The position numbers were made by a program, and so were the translations under genes. DNA of 64,000 nucleotides from an uncultured Desulfobacter sp. GTDB lineage: Bacteria > Desulfobacterota > Desulfobacteria > Desulfobacterales > Desulfobacteraceae. Every line of letters begins with the position of its first letter. Position 1 is the first letter of the stretch. Shown piece after piece: positions 33,745 through 42,761 of the stretch. The notes beneath the pieces are model-generated. The model had not been told where the DNA came from and did not search any database. It saw only the letters and a list, made by a program, of their open reading frames with translations. The stretch covers positions 5,440,001 through 5,504,000 of the forward strand of contig OY762069.1 of NCBI GenBank assembly GCA_963665095.1. The letters are read 5' to 3'.

Positions 33745-34767
33745 ATGAAAAATCCAGACCTATCCTCTAAAGAGAGTCCCTTTTTCACATTGATACCTTT
33801 TTTTACACTTGCCTCGGTTTTCAGACCGGCATTATTTTATACACTGATTACTTTTTTTAAGCGGATTACGGGGCTGGCAGCGGCTTTATTCATCTGTTTA
33901 TCATTCAGTCTTAGCTACAGTCAGGAGCAGGCAGCAGCGACTGCCGACAGCGCTTCTGCCGACAGCAAGGCCTTAGAAAGCCCTGAACCGGCCAGTGAGC
34001 TTGATCCTCTTGCGTTAAGGCTGATCCAGGACGGGTTTGATGAATCAAAAATCAAGGCCCTGTTTGCCAAGAAAGAGGTTACGTTTGATCCTTCCGGCGT
34101 CTCTTTATTTTTTATTCATTCGGAATCCAGCCTGAACTATGACCAGTTTTCCGCACCTAAATCCATTGCCAATGCACAGAAGTACATGGCAGAGCATAAA
34201 GAGAGTCTGGACAAGGCCCAAAAAGCATTTGGCGTGGACAAGACCATTATCACGGCCATCCTTCTTGTTGAAACAAGGCTTGGGACTTACCTTGGCAATC
34301 GTACGGTAATAAATACCCTGTCCACCATGGCGGCATTGACTGACAAGGCCCTGGCTGAGAAACTGTGGGCCTCCATATCCGATAAGAAAAAACATGACCG
34401 GGCGGCGTTTGATAAAAAGGTGGAACAGAAAAGCCGGTGGGGGTATGAGGAGCTGAAAGCCCTGATCAGTTTTGCCAATCGCGAGGGTCTGGATCCGTCC
34501 GCCATTAAGGGTTCATATGCCGGTGCTATGGGCATCCCTCAGTTTATGCCCTCAAACGCCCTGACCCTGGCCCGGGACGGCAACACGGACGGAAAAGTGG
34601 ATCTCTTCAGCCACGAAGACGCCATTTTTTCTGTGGCCAATTTTTTAACGCACCACGGCTGGAAGACCGGCATCAGCCGCCAGCGCCAGCACGAAGTCCT
34701 GTTCAGTTACAATCATTCCAACTATTATGTGGATGCCCTGCTCAAGATTTCAGATAAATTAAAATAA
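33745..34767 (+). CDS. Lytic murein transglycosylase, MltB family
   Basis: 'AILLVETRLG', 'GSYAGAMGIPQFMPS', EF-like 'DGNTDGKVDL', 'SVANFL..HGW', 'YNHSNYY'. Confidence 0.9.
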   Translation: MKNPDLSSKESPFFTLIPFFTLASVFRPALFYTLITFFKRITGLAAALFICLSFSLSYSQEQAAATADSASADSKALESPEPASELDPLALRLIQDGFDESKIKALFAKKEVTFDPSGVSLFFIHSESSLNYDQFSAPKSIANAQKYMAEHKESLDKAQKAFGVDKTIITAILLVETRLGTYLGNRTVINTLSTMAALTDKALAEKLWASISDKKKHDRAAFDKKVEQKSRWGYEELKALISFANREGLDPSAIKGSYAGAMGIPQFMPSNALTLARDGNTDGKVDLFSHEDAIFSVANFLTHHGWKTGISRQRQHEVLFSYNHSNYYVDALLKISDKLK

Positions 34768-34820
34768 CAGACTGCAACCAATCCCTGGGATTTCCAAAAC
34801 AACACAAAAGAAAAAATTAA

Positions 34821-35036
34821 ATGACACCCAAAGAACTCCTTTTATATATCCTGCTCATCGTTGGTATCTCCTTTGCCCTGACCATGCTGGCCCTGGTAGA
34901 TCTGCTTAAAAAAGACTTTCCCACACCAAAGGAGAAGTTTGTCTGGCACCTTGTGGCCATCGTACCGGTTATCGGCTGGCTTTTCTATTTTGTTCTGGGA
35001 GCAAAAAAAGGCACCCGTAAAAATTTTGATGCCTGA
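34821..35036 (+). CDS. Small PLDc_N-domain membrane protein
   Basis: 'LALVDLLKKDF....KFVW.LV..VPVIGWLFYFVLG'. Confidence 0.75.
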   Translation: MTPKELLLYILLIVGISFALTMLALVDLLKKDFPTPKEKFVWHLVAIVPVIGWLFYFVLGAKKGTRKNFDA

Positions 35037-35121
35037 CCCTTTAAATCCAATGCTTCTGTTCCGAATTTTTATTGACTTTTAGCCCCATCCGTTATAAATA
35101 GTCACCCTTATGATGATATAC

Positions 35122-35196
35122 GGTCCCATCGTCTAGCGGTTAGGACGCCGGCCTCTCACGCCGGAAACCCGGGTTCGATTCCCGGTGGGATCACCA
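35122..35196 (+). tRNA. tRNA-Glu (anticodon CTC)
   Basis: Cloverleaf: acceptor GGTCCCA/TGGGATC, anticodon arm CCGGC-CTCTCAC-GCCGG, T-arm CCGGG-TTCGATT-CCCGG, 3' ACCA. Confidence 0.96.
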
Positions 35197-35367
35197 TTGA
35201 TAACTATCCATTATGAGCAAATAATGATTTTAAAAAACCACCCATTTTTACCCGATAATCGGAAATCTCCGATCTCAAATTTTTAGCCAAATTCTTCGAA
35301 TTTTAAACGGATTGATAAGAAGAAGGATTCTGCAGGTTGAATCTATTAAATAATTCCAATAAACATC

Positions 35368-38310
35368 TCAGGATTTTATTTCCAAACTCTCTGTTAATTC
35401 GGATGCAATACTGCTGCTTTCAAGGCGCATGATGCTTTCTTCTGAATAACCAAAACTCAAAAGATTGATGCTGCCATACCAGGTTATTTTGTCATCAACA
35501 ATTGCAAATTTCTGATGAATGTTCGATCTGAATATTAAATGGACTCCTATTTCTTCGGCTGATTTAAATATTTGCTCCAGTGATGATCTTCTGTCTTTTT
35601 TAAAATCGTGAGCAGGCCTCGTTATAATTGTAATTTCCACCTGACTTCTCAGAATTTCTTGAAAATACTCGGTCATTTGAAGCATTCTTTTTTTCGTAAC
35701 AAATGGACTGACAATCAATAACCGCTTTGATGCCATTGCGATATCTTGCAGATAAACGGGGTAAAAATTGTCTTTATTGAAAATGATATTGATTGGTGCT
35801 TCCGGCAATGATTCACCTTTTGTTTTATAGCCTATTGCAGCGTACCCTTTGAGTCTTTTCCCATACATTTTTTCAAGCATTCTTACATGAATATCAACGT
35901 AATCATATATCTGGACGTCCCTTTTATGCTCTGAGAAACGATGTAATCTCCCGGCATATTGCTGAAGTGTCCCCTTCCAGGCAATCGGCATTGCCAAAAA
36001 CAACGTATCAAGGCGGGCCTCGTCAAATCCCTCCCCAATATAGCTGCCTGTTGCGACAAGAACAAAAGATTCCGTATTCGGTATGGAATTAAGTTCGTCC
36101 ATTAAGTTGGCGGTCTTCTTTGCGCCCATTCCTCCTTTAAGGCATATTACATTCGTAATCCTTTTCTTGAGCGCCTCTCCCAAATCATCGACATGGGCGA
36201 CACGTCCTGTCAAAATCAATGAGTTTCTCCCCTTTTGATAGCATTCGACTACATCATCGACAATCAGCTGATTTCGTATTTCATCTGATATGAGATGGGA
36301 CTTAATCTCCTGAATAGTAGGTTCAGAATCATCTTTGTCCGACCCGATTCTAAAAGATGTAAATCTTGGGATCAAATAGTGTTCAAATGGTCTTTTTTCT
36401 GCCTGTTTTTTCGCATCAACAGAAAATCGGACAGGCCCGCAGTAAAAAAAGATAATCGGATGATGTCCATCCGGACGGGAGGGTGTTGCAGTCAGACCAT
36501 AAATATATTTAGCTGTCGCATGTTTGAGGATCTGTTCAAAAGTAACTGCCGGTACGTGGTGACACTCATCAACAATTATCATTCCGTAATTTTTTATTGC
36601 CTCTTTTACATTCCCCCTAATATTCATTGACTGCATAATCGCAATATCTATAATGGAACTTAGCCTGTCCTTACCGGCGCCCATATGCCCAATCAAACTT
36701 TGCTCTTTTTTTCGTCCCCTTTTCTTCGGCGGCTCCGGTAATGTTTCATTGATAGTCAGAAATTGATCTAAACGATCCCGCCACTGGGAGAGTAACTGTT
36801 GCCTGTGGACTAATACAAGAGTGTTTACCTTTCTTGTACTGATCAATTTTGCCCCAATAACAGTTTTCCCAAATGCAGTGGCAGCGGACAGCACCCCATT
36901 GTCATGGGCTAATATGAAATCTACTGCTTCCTGCTGTTCTTCTCTTAGTACTCCATTAAACTCAACATTGACCATTTTTCCTGAAGTTGTCTCATCTTCA
37001 ATTTCTGGAATTACTTTCAATTCATCAAGGGTTTGTATGACCTCATCTTCGCATCCCCTCGGCAGTGCCAGATAATCCTCAAAATCATCAGCACAGGATA
37101 TTATTCTCGGCTTGCCATATGTTGATATCCTCATGGCCTGAGCTTTGTAGAATGCTGGATTTTTAAATGCCGCATATCGCTTCAGCGTATTCAAAGCCCT
37201 CTGGCTCAATCCGTTTTTTTCAATATAGAGCATACCGGATCTAACAATCTTGACTGTTCCTGAAAAATCACCTTTTTTCAGCTCGGTTGTTTGTTTCACC
37301 CATGGTTTTAATTTTGAATCACCATCTTTAAGCAACCCCAGTTCATTACCCTTACTCAACTTTTTAATGAGTGTAGTTAAAAGCTTCTCATTCAGTTTTT
37401 TAATATTTGAAAGAAAACTCCATTGATCCGTGTAAGGTACCAAATTTTCGTCAATGAACACTGAATTTCCATTATCTCTGGCTTTTTTCTGGAGCGGCAA
37501 TGCTATCAGATTACCAAATCCTCCCTTTGGCATTGTATCCTGATTGGGAAACAACCTGTCATAAGAGGCAAATGAAATTTTGTGCCGTTTATTCATAGAG
37601 TAGGTCAGGAGTGATGACCCTAATTTTCGGGCAAGTGCAGCCGGTACGTTATCCTCAAAAAAGAACCACGCATGGCAACCGTTACCGGATTGGGACCGCT
37701 CTGTAGCTATTGGAATATCAAACTGTGAGCATGTCTCTCGCAATACCGAAATATCTTTCTGCCAGCCTTCCTTATCAAAATCAATGGCTAAAAAATGGCA
37801 TGTCTCATCAAGCTCCATTGGATATATTCCAATAATCATTTCGCCTCTGAGATGTTTTTCAACGGCAGTTTCATCTAAAAGAGAATACCTTTGTTGATTA
37901 CAACTGGAGCACTTTATTCGGGGTTTGTTACAAAGACCCGGTGTCCATTCGTTAAAGCAATCGGGGCTATATCCAGAAAAACCCTTTTTATTCTGCCATT
38001 TTTTTGCGTATACATCATCTCGTCCTCTGAACAATGACATGAACAGGGAAATTTTTTCATTGATGGGAGAAAATTGATTAACGGTGCTTTCAGCACAGTT
38101 TTCAATATGTTCGAAACTGTCAACAGACTTCTGCTCAAAATGAAAGCCATTTTGCTGTTTTGATTGTGTGCTTTGAACAGGGCCTGTTTTAATGCTGCTG
38201 GTGGGATTTAGGTGAGATTCTAATTTCCGAATTTTTTCTCTGAGGTACTCATTTTCCTTAAGAAGTTCATCGTATTTGTTTTTCAGGCTATTGTATCTAT
38301 CATCAGTCAT
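35368..38310 (-). CDS. TOTE-type archaeo-eukaryotic primase domain + SF2 (DEAD/DEAH) helicase + PLD-like nuclease fusion
   Basis: AEP region 'LFRGRDDVYA', 'FLAIDFD', 'ERSQSGNGCHAW', 'YDRLFPNQD..PKGGFGNLIALPLQ'; helicase 'AATAFGKT', 'IIVDECHH', 'GLTATP', 'GEGFD', 'QYAGRLHR'; C-terminal 'HQKFAIVD....WYGSIN'. Confidence 0.85.
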   Translation of the reverse strand: MTDDRYNSLKNKYDELLKENEYLREKIRKLESHLNPTSSIKTGPVQSTQSKQQNGFHFEQKSVDSFEHIENCAESTVNQFSPINEKISLFMSLFRGRDDVYAKKWQNKKGFSGYSPDCFNEWTPGLCNKPRIKCSSCNQQRYSLLDETAVEKHLRGEMIIGIYPMELDETCHFLAIDFDKEGWQKDISVLRETCSQFDIPIATERSQSGNGCHAWFFFEDNVPAALARKLGSSLLTYSMNKRHKISFASYDRLFPNQDTMPKGGFGNLIALPLQKKARDNGNSVFIDENLVPYTDQWSFLSNIKKLNEKLLTTLIKKLSKGNELGLLKDGDSKLKPWVKQTTELKKGDFSGTVKIVRSGMLYIEKNGLSQRALNTLKRYAAFKNPAFYKAQAMRISTYGKPRIISCADDFEDYLALPRGCEDEVIQTLDELKVIPEIEDETTSGKMVNVEFNGVLREEQQEAVDFILAHDNGVLSAATAFGKTVIGAKLISTRKVNTLVLVHRQQLLSQWRDRLDQFLTINETLPEPPKKRGRKKEQSLIGHMGAGKDRLSSIIDIAIMQSMNIRGNVKEAIKNYGMIIVDECHHVPAVTFEQILKHATAKYIYGLTATPSRPDGHHPIIFFYCGPVRFSVDAKKQAEKRPFEHYLIPRFTSFRIGSDKDDSEPTIQEIKSHLISDEIRNQLIVDDVVECYQKGRNSLILTGRVAHVDDLGEALKKRITNVICLKGGMGAKKTANLMDELNSIPNTESFVLVATGSYIGEGFDEARLDTLFLAMPIAWKGTLQQYAGRLHRFSEHKRDVQIYDYVDIHVRMLEKMYGKRLKGYAAIGYKTKGESLPEAPINIIFNKDNFYPVYLQDIAMASKRLLIVSPFVTKKRMLQMTEYFQEILRSQVEITIITRPAHDFKKDRRSSLEQIFKSAEEIGVHLIFRSNIHQKFAIVDDKITWYGSINLLSFGYSEESIMRLESSSIASELTESLEIKS

Positions 38311-38322
38311 TCATCCGATACA

Positions 38323-38622
38323 CTATAAACTCTGTAAAGACCCTTTAATTCTCTTTGGATCTCGTCTTAAATCGAGCACCCGCCATACAGTGGCAACGGA
38401 TTTTTCCCTTAGTTTGTAATATACGGCGTATGGGAATCTTTTTGAAAGCATCCGGTGATAACCATAGAATATTGGATGAATACCAGCGTAGAGCGTCAGA
38501 GAATCGATATCTGAGAACAAAGAATCGAAAAAGTATTCTCCCAGCCCTTCGCTTTGTTCCTCATAGAACTGTCGGCCTTCTGCCAAGTCTGACATGGCTG
38601 AAGAGAGAATCTCAATTTTCAT
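38323..38622 (-). CDS. RelE/ParE-family type II toxin
   Basis: 'AMSDLAEG..FYE.Q..GLG..F', 'RMLSKRFPYAVYY', 'VLDLRRDP'. Confidence 0.85.
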   Translation of the reverse strand: MKIEILSSAMSDLAEGRQFYEEQSEGLGEYFFDSLFSDIDSLTLYAGIHPIFYGYHRMLSKRFPYAVYYKLREKSVATVWRVLDLRRDPKRIKGSLQSL

Positions 38623-38837
38623 TCAAAGTGCTTCCGTAGCTCTTTTTTGGCAGTATGCCAATCCACAACTCTCTCTTTACCGTCTGCAAGGCGTTTTTCT
38701 GTTTCCTGAAGGGCCTTATTATGCCAAGCCGGTGATTCGAGCAGTTCTTCCTCTGATAATAAATCCGCCCACAAGGCATCCACCATTCTGAGTTTCTCTT
38801 CTCTGCTAAGGTGTTTTATTTCTATTGCATTTTGCAT
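38619..38837 (-). CDS. Addiction-module antitoxin
   Basis: 'LSREEKLRMVDALWADL......SPAWH...L', 'VDW..AK'; overlaps the toxin start (ATGA). Confidence 0.85.
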   Translation of the reverse strand: MQNAIEIKHLSREEKLRMVDALWADLLSEEELLESPAWHNKALQETEKRLADGKERVVDWHTAKKELRKHFE

Positions 38838-38957
38838 AATTCAATCCTTCTATATTTAAAGAAAAATTAACACTAATGGCTTTTATTGTCAATTTCATCA
38901 AATAGTTTTACCAGAGGAATGACAAGCCACAACACCGACATTAGAACAAAATTCTTC

Positions 38958-38996
38958 CGGTCCCCCTCCGGTCCTTTGAAACTTCTGGAATAGTCT
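38958..38996 (+). repeat. 39-bp direct repeat, copy 1 (copy 2 at 40291-40329)
   Basis: CGGTCCCCCTCCGGTCCTTTGAAACTTCTGGAATAGTCT vs CGGTTCCCCTCCGGTCCTTTGAATCGTCTGGAACAGTCT, 35/39 identical. Confidence 0.8.
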
Positions 38997-39199
38997 CCTA
39001 AAAATCTGTATTGAATTGAAACAATAGGTCCTTTGTCAGCTCCCAGAATCGCGATCGGATAGTTGTTATTTCAATTACCCTTTGTGAACTTTTATAATTT
39101 TTACGATTTTTTATTGATTTGATTGTCGAGGGGGAACACGGTGAATAGTCTGGACATTTTCAGATTCACAATATCTCCTGGAAACCTCGTTATCAGGGA

Positions 39200-39243
39200 C
39201 TCTCACGCCGGTAAACCGGGTTCGAGTCCCGGTGGGATCACCA
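39200..39243 (+). repeat. att site: partial duplicate of the tRNA-Glu 3' half
   Basis: CTCTCACGCCGGTAAACCGGGTTCGAGTCCCGGTGGGATCACCA, 3 mismatches against the tRNA. Confidence 0.9.
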
Positions 39244-39545
39244 CCTGATATAAGAGGCTTTCAGCGATTTGCTGAGAGCCTTTGTACTTTAAAAAATAGC
39301 CATCTCCCACCCTACCTTCAGAAATCAAGGTAAGCACCGGTAAATTTTGTCCCCCTCCACACTAACCAGAGCATCCCCCCTATCTAATGCATATCATTTT
39401 TTTCTTGAATTTAGCTTCGGTGTAGAGCGTGGACTCATTATTTAATTTGCTCCTATACAAATTGTGGCAAATCTTGTCCTTAAGTTCATTTAACGATATA
39501 TAGATTTAAGCTTTATTTTACTGAAGGTGCTTACTGGTGGGATGA

Positions 39546-40071
39546 ATGTCGAAGAATAAATTGAAATGCTACATTATTGCAGGCCCAAATGGTGCGGGGA
39601 AAACAACTTTTACCGAAAATTTCCTGCCGGAAGAAGCCGATTGCCTGAATTTTTTGAATGCAGAGTTAATCGCCAAAGGAATTGCACCCTTTAACCCTGA
39701 AAGTGTTGCAATAGAAGCCGGTAAGCTTTTTTTTAACGGATGAATAAGATCGTTTCCAATAGAGAAGCGTTTGCGTTTGAAACAACACTGAGCGGATTAA
39801 ATTACATCGACCGTAATAAAAATTTGGAAAAAAGATCGGTTATGAAATAATTCTATATTTTCTGAAACTTGAGAATGAGGAAATGGCTATTCAGCGTGTC
39901 CAGCTTAGAGTTGCTGAAGGTGGGCATAATGTTCCAGAAGATGTTATTATACGAAGGTACCATAGGGGATGGGAGAATTTTCAAAAATATTACAAGCAGC
40001 TGGTTGATGCTTGGGTTGTTTTTGACAATTCCAAAGAAGTCCCTGAAGTGCTGGAGGAAAAGAATGGATAA
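39546..40071 (+). pseudogene. Zeta-toxin/AAA_33-like P-loop kinase, frameshifted
   Basis: 'IIAGPNGAGKTT...NAELIA', then 'FAFETTLSG' in another frame, then 'GYEIILYFL...AIQRV..RV.EGGHNVPE..I.RRY'. Breaks near 39727-39734 and 39812-39835. Confidence 0.85.
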
Positions 40072-40231
40072 AAAATCATACTCAGCTTTGGCAATGGGCG
40101 CAATGCATCGAGCATCAAAGAAAGCAGCCGAAAAAGCAGCCGTCCTGGATCTATCTATTCCTGTATGGAAAGATGGTAAAATTATTTTTGTTAAAGCCAA
40201 AGATAAACTTCAAAAATTGCGCATGGCATAG
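40064..40231 (+). CDS. Small (55 aa) partner protein of the zeta-like kinase, putative antitoxin
   Basis: MDKKSYSALAMGAMHRASKKAAEKAAVLDLSIPVWKDGKIIFV...; GGAGG RBS; overlaps the kinase stop. Confidence 0.6.
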   Translation: MDKKSYSALAMGAMHRASKKAAEKAAVLDLSIPVWKDGKIIFVKAKDKLQKLRMA

Positions 40232-40290
40232 TGACTGGAAATCGATAAAGCCAATAAAGCCTGGTGTTGGCATTAGGACCCCACAATTTT

Positions 40291-40329
40291 CGGTTCCCCT
40301 CCGGTCCTTTGAATCGTCTGGAACAGTCT
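40291..40329 (+). repeat. 39-bp direct repeat, copy 2
   Basis: 35/39 identical to 38958-38996. Confidence 0.8.
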
Positions 40330-40389
40330 GTCCGAAATATTATATTGGTAATCGTATCTTCTTATTTCAAATATATTGCTGGAGTGGTT

Positions 40390-41427
40390 ATGAGCAGAAG
40401 AGTTGAGGCGTATTTTCAAGGATGCCTTCTGGCCGGTGCCGTGGGGGACGCGTTAGGCGCACCTGTGGAGTTTATGTCCATTGACCGGATTCGGTCTGAA
40501 TTCGGGGAGACAGGTCTTACCGATTATGCCGAGGCCTATGGCCGGTTGGGTGCCATCACCGATGATACCCAGATGACCCTGTTCACTGCTGAAGGACTGA
40601 TTCTGTCAAAAGTGCGCCAGGAGTATGCCGGGGACCAGGGGATCATTGATGCGGGGTATCATGCCCTTTTAAGGTGGCTGTATACCCAGGAAATGACGAT
40701 TCAGGAGCATCTCATCCAGAACTACGGCACCTGTTCCATTGTGGACGGAGTGCTCACAGGGCATAAAGCGCTTTTCTCATTACGGGCGCCGGGGAACAGC
40801 TGTCTGTCCTCCCTGAAAAGCGGAAAAATGGGGACAATGGGCGATGCCGTCAACGACAGCAAGGGGTGTGGCGGGGTGATGCGCATGGCGCCTGCAGGCC
40901 TTATGTTTGATGACCCGGAAAAGGCGTTTCATTTTGGCTGCCGGCTGGCGGCGCTGACCCATGGGCATCCCACCGGTTTTCTTGCGGCCGGCACCTTCAG
41001 CGCAATTATCAGTCTGATACTTTCCGGTGCGCCGCTGGTTGAGGCCATTGAGGAGTCTGTCCGGATTCTGAAATCATATAAAGGCCATCAGGAAACCCAA
41101 AGGGCCATTGGCGACGCCGTTGATGTTGTGGGGAAACAGCCCCCCGAACCTGAAACCATAGAAAACCTCGGCGCTGGCTGGATCGCTGAAGAGGCCCTGG
41201 CCATAAGTCTTTTCTGCAGCCTTACGGCCCAGGATGATTTCGAAAAAGGCCTGCTTCTTTCCGTGAATCATTCCGGAGACAGTGATTCCACAGGTTCAAT
41301 TACAGGCAACATTATGGGGGCCTTATACGGCCTCGATAGCGTCCCGGAAAGATGGCTGGCCCCGCTTGAGTTAAGGTCATTAATCACTGACACCGCCATG
41401 GATCTGTTTGAACACTTAGATACCTGA
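40390..41427 (+). CDS. ADP-ribosylglycohydrolase family protein
   Basis: 'GAVGDALGAPVEF', 'TDDTQM', 'GCGGVMR', 'THGHP', 'NHSGDSDSTGSITG'; ATG at 40390 follows a GGAG RBS. Confidence 0.92.
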   Translation: MSRRVEAYFQGCLLAGAVGDALGAPVEFMSIDRIRSEFGETGLTDYAEAYGRLGAITDDTQMTLFTAEGLILSKVRQEYAGDQGIIDAGYHALLRWLYTQEMTIQEHLIQNYGTCSIVDGVLTGHKALFSLRAPGNSCLSSLKSGKMGTMGDAVNDSKGCGGVMRMAPAGLMFDDPEKAFHFGCRLAALTHGHPTGFLAAGTFSAIISLILSGAPLVEAIEESVRILKSYKGHQETQRAIGDAVDVVGKQPPEPETIENLGAGWIAEEALAISLFCSLTAQDDFEKGLLLSVNHSGDSDSTGSITGNIMGALYGLDSVPERWLAPLELRSLITDTAMDLFEHLDT

Positions 41428-41702
41428 TTAAGGCCCCGGCGAACTCTTTGTTATATTTGAGATTTTTTTTCGTATATTGTTTTGATATAATAGAAATTCG
41501 TTACACCTGTTTGCCTTAAATGAAATTCCGGTCCGAATCGTTCTCACGCTCTTTTTCTCCATCTGATTTCCATGCTGTTTCTCTACTTCGGGCATGAACT
41601 GAATACGAAAAATAAACGAAATAAAAACAGATATCTTTATTCAACGGCATTGCAAGTTTAAAGAAAACGAAACAGCCATTTTCGTATTAATGAGAAAGGG
41701 TT

Positions 41703-42761
41703 ATGTCTCATATTGACTGCAAACTCGATTCTGATTCCAGGGCCGCCATACTTAAAAGCGTCTATCTGGAAAATCAGCGAATGATTACTAGAACTGCGGT
41801 CAATGGCCAAAGGGAAGGTCACCCCTTTGATTTCAGTTTTTTAAAAATTGGCAAAGTGGTCTCTGTCCTGGTTTTTTTAAGTGTCCTTTCAATAGAGCTG
41901 TTCAGCAAAAACCTCTCCCCTGAAAATTATGAGGCGCCAGTGATATATGAGATAAAACAAGCACCGATTCATTCGATGGTTGCTCCTGAATCATCCAACA
42001 ATTTTGACCTCTTGCTTGTTGGTGATAAAAATATTGAGCTGTCATCACTGTTCGGGCTCGGCGTTAAAACCGTTGTCATTGATCCCGGCCATGGCGGCCG
42101 GGATCCCGGAGCCGTTGGGGCTGAAGGGACGCTTGAAAAAGATATTACCCTGGATGTTTCCATCAAGCTTAAGGCGCGTTTGGACGAATTCGCTCAATTT
42201 AAGGTGTTGCTGACCCGGAATAAAGATATCACAGTAACATTGGCGGACCGCGTTGCCTTTGCCAAAAAGAATAACGCGAATCTGTTTGTCTCCATACATG
42301 TGAATGCACTGCCCAATAAATCCCTGAATGCCATTGAAACCTATTATTTCGGTGCGCCGAGAAGTCCTGAAACCCTGCGCCTGGCCCAGGTGGAAAACTC
42401 CGGATCTGATTTCAGTATGGCAGAGCTCGATTTGATTCTTGCCGATTTTGAAAACACCCTGAAACGTCAGGAGTCAGCTAAACTTGCCAAGTTAATTCAG
42501 GAAAGCCTGTTTAAAAATATAAAACGCCGGGATGCCAAGGCCCTTAATTTCGGTATCAGAATGGCGCCTTTTGTAGTTATTTCCCAGACCGGGGTCCCCA
42601 GCGTGCTGGTTGAAATTTCATGCATATCCAAATTAGAGCAGGAAGCCAAGCTGGCCACGGCAGATTATCGCTCGGATGTCGCAGGTTACATTACAGATGG
42701 GATCACTGCCTACCTTAAGATGCAAAATACCATAATATCAGACAGGAGGATTGAGCAATGA
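41703..42761 (+). CDS. Membrane-anchored N-acetylmuramoyl-L-alanine amidase (Amidase_3)
   Basis: Zn/catalytic motifs 'IDPGHGGRDPGA', 'EKD', 'SIHVNA', 'PSVLVEI'; TM segment near the N-terminus. Confidence 0.92.
   Translation: MSHIDCKLDSDSRAAILKSVYLENQRMITRTAVNGQREGHPFDFSFLKIGKVVSVLVFLSVLSIELFSKNLSPENYEAPVIYEIKQAPIHSMVAPESSNNFDLLLVGDKNIELSSLFGLGVKTVVIDPGHGGRDPGAVGAEGTLEKDITLDVSIKLKARLDEFAQFKVLLTRNKDITVTLADRVAFAKKNNANLFVSIHVNALPNKSLNAIETYYFGAPRSPETLRLAQVENSGSDFSMAELDLILADFENTLKRQESAKLAKLIQESLFKNIKRRDAKALNFGIRMAPFVVISQTGVPSVLVEISCISKLEQEAKLATADYRSDVAGYITDGITAYLKMQNTIISDRRIEQ

Larger units (their letters stand above)
35197..39243. mobile_element. Genomic island integrated at the tRNA-Glu 3' end (no integrase retained)
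   Basis: Bounded by the tRNA 3' half (35153-35196) and a 41/44-identical copy at 39200-39243; AT-rich cargo. Confidence 0.8.

Noticed and set aside
39200..39243. Second tRNA-Glu gene
   Set aside because: Only the 3' half is present (no 5' acceptor strand or D-arm); it is an att repeat.
40390..41427. Nitrogenase regulator DraG
   Set aside because: No draT or nif genes nearby; the motifs support only the general ADP-ribosylglycohydrolase family.
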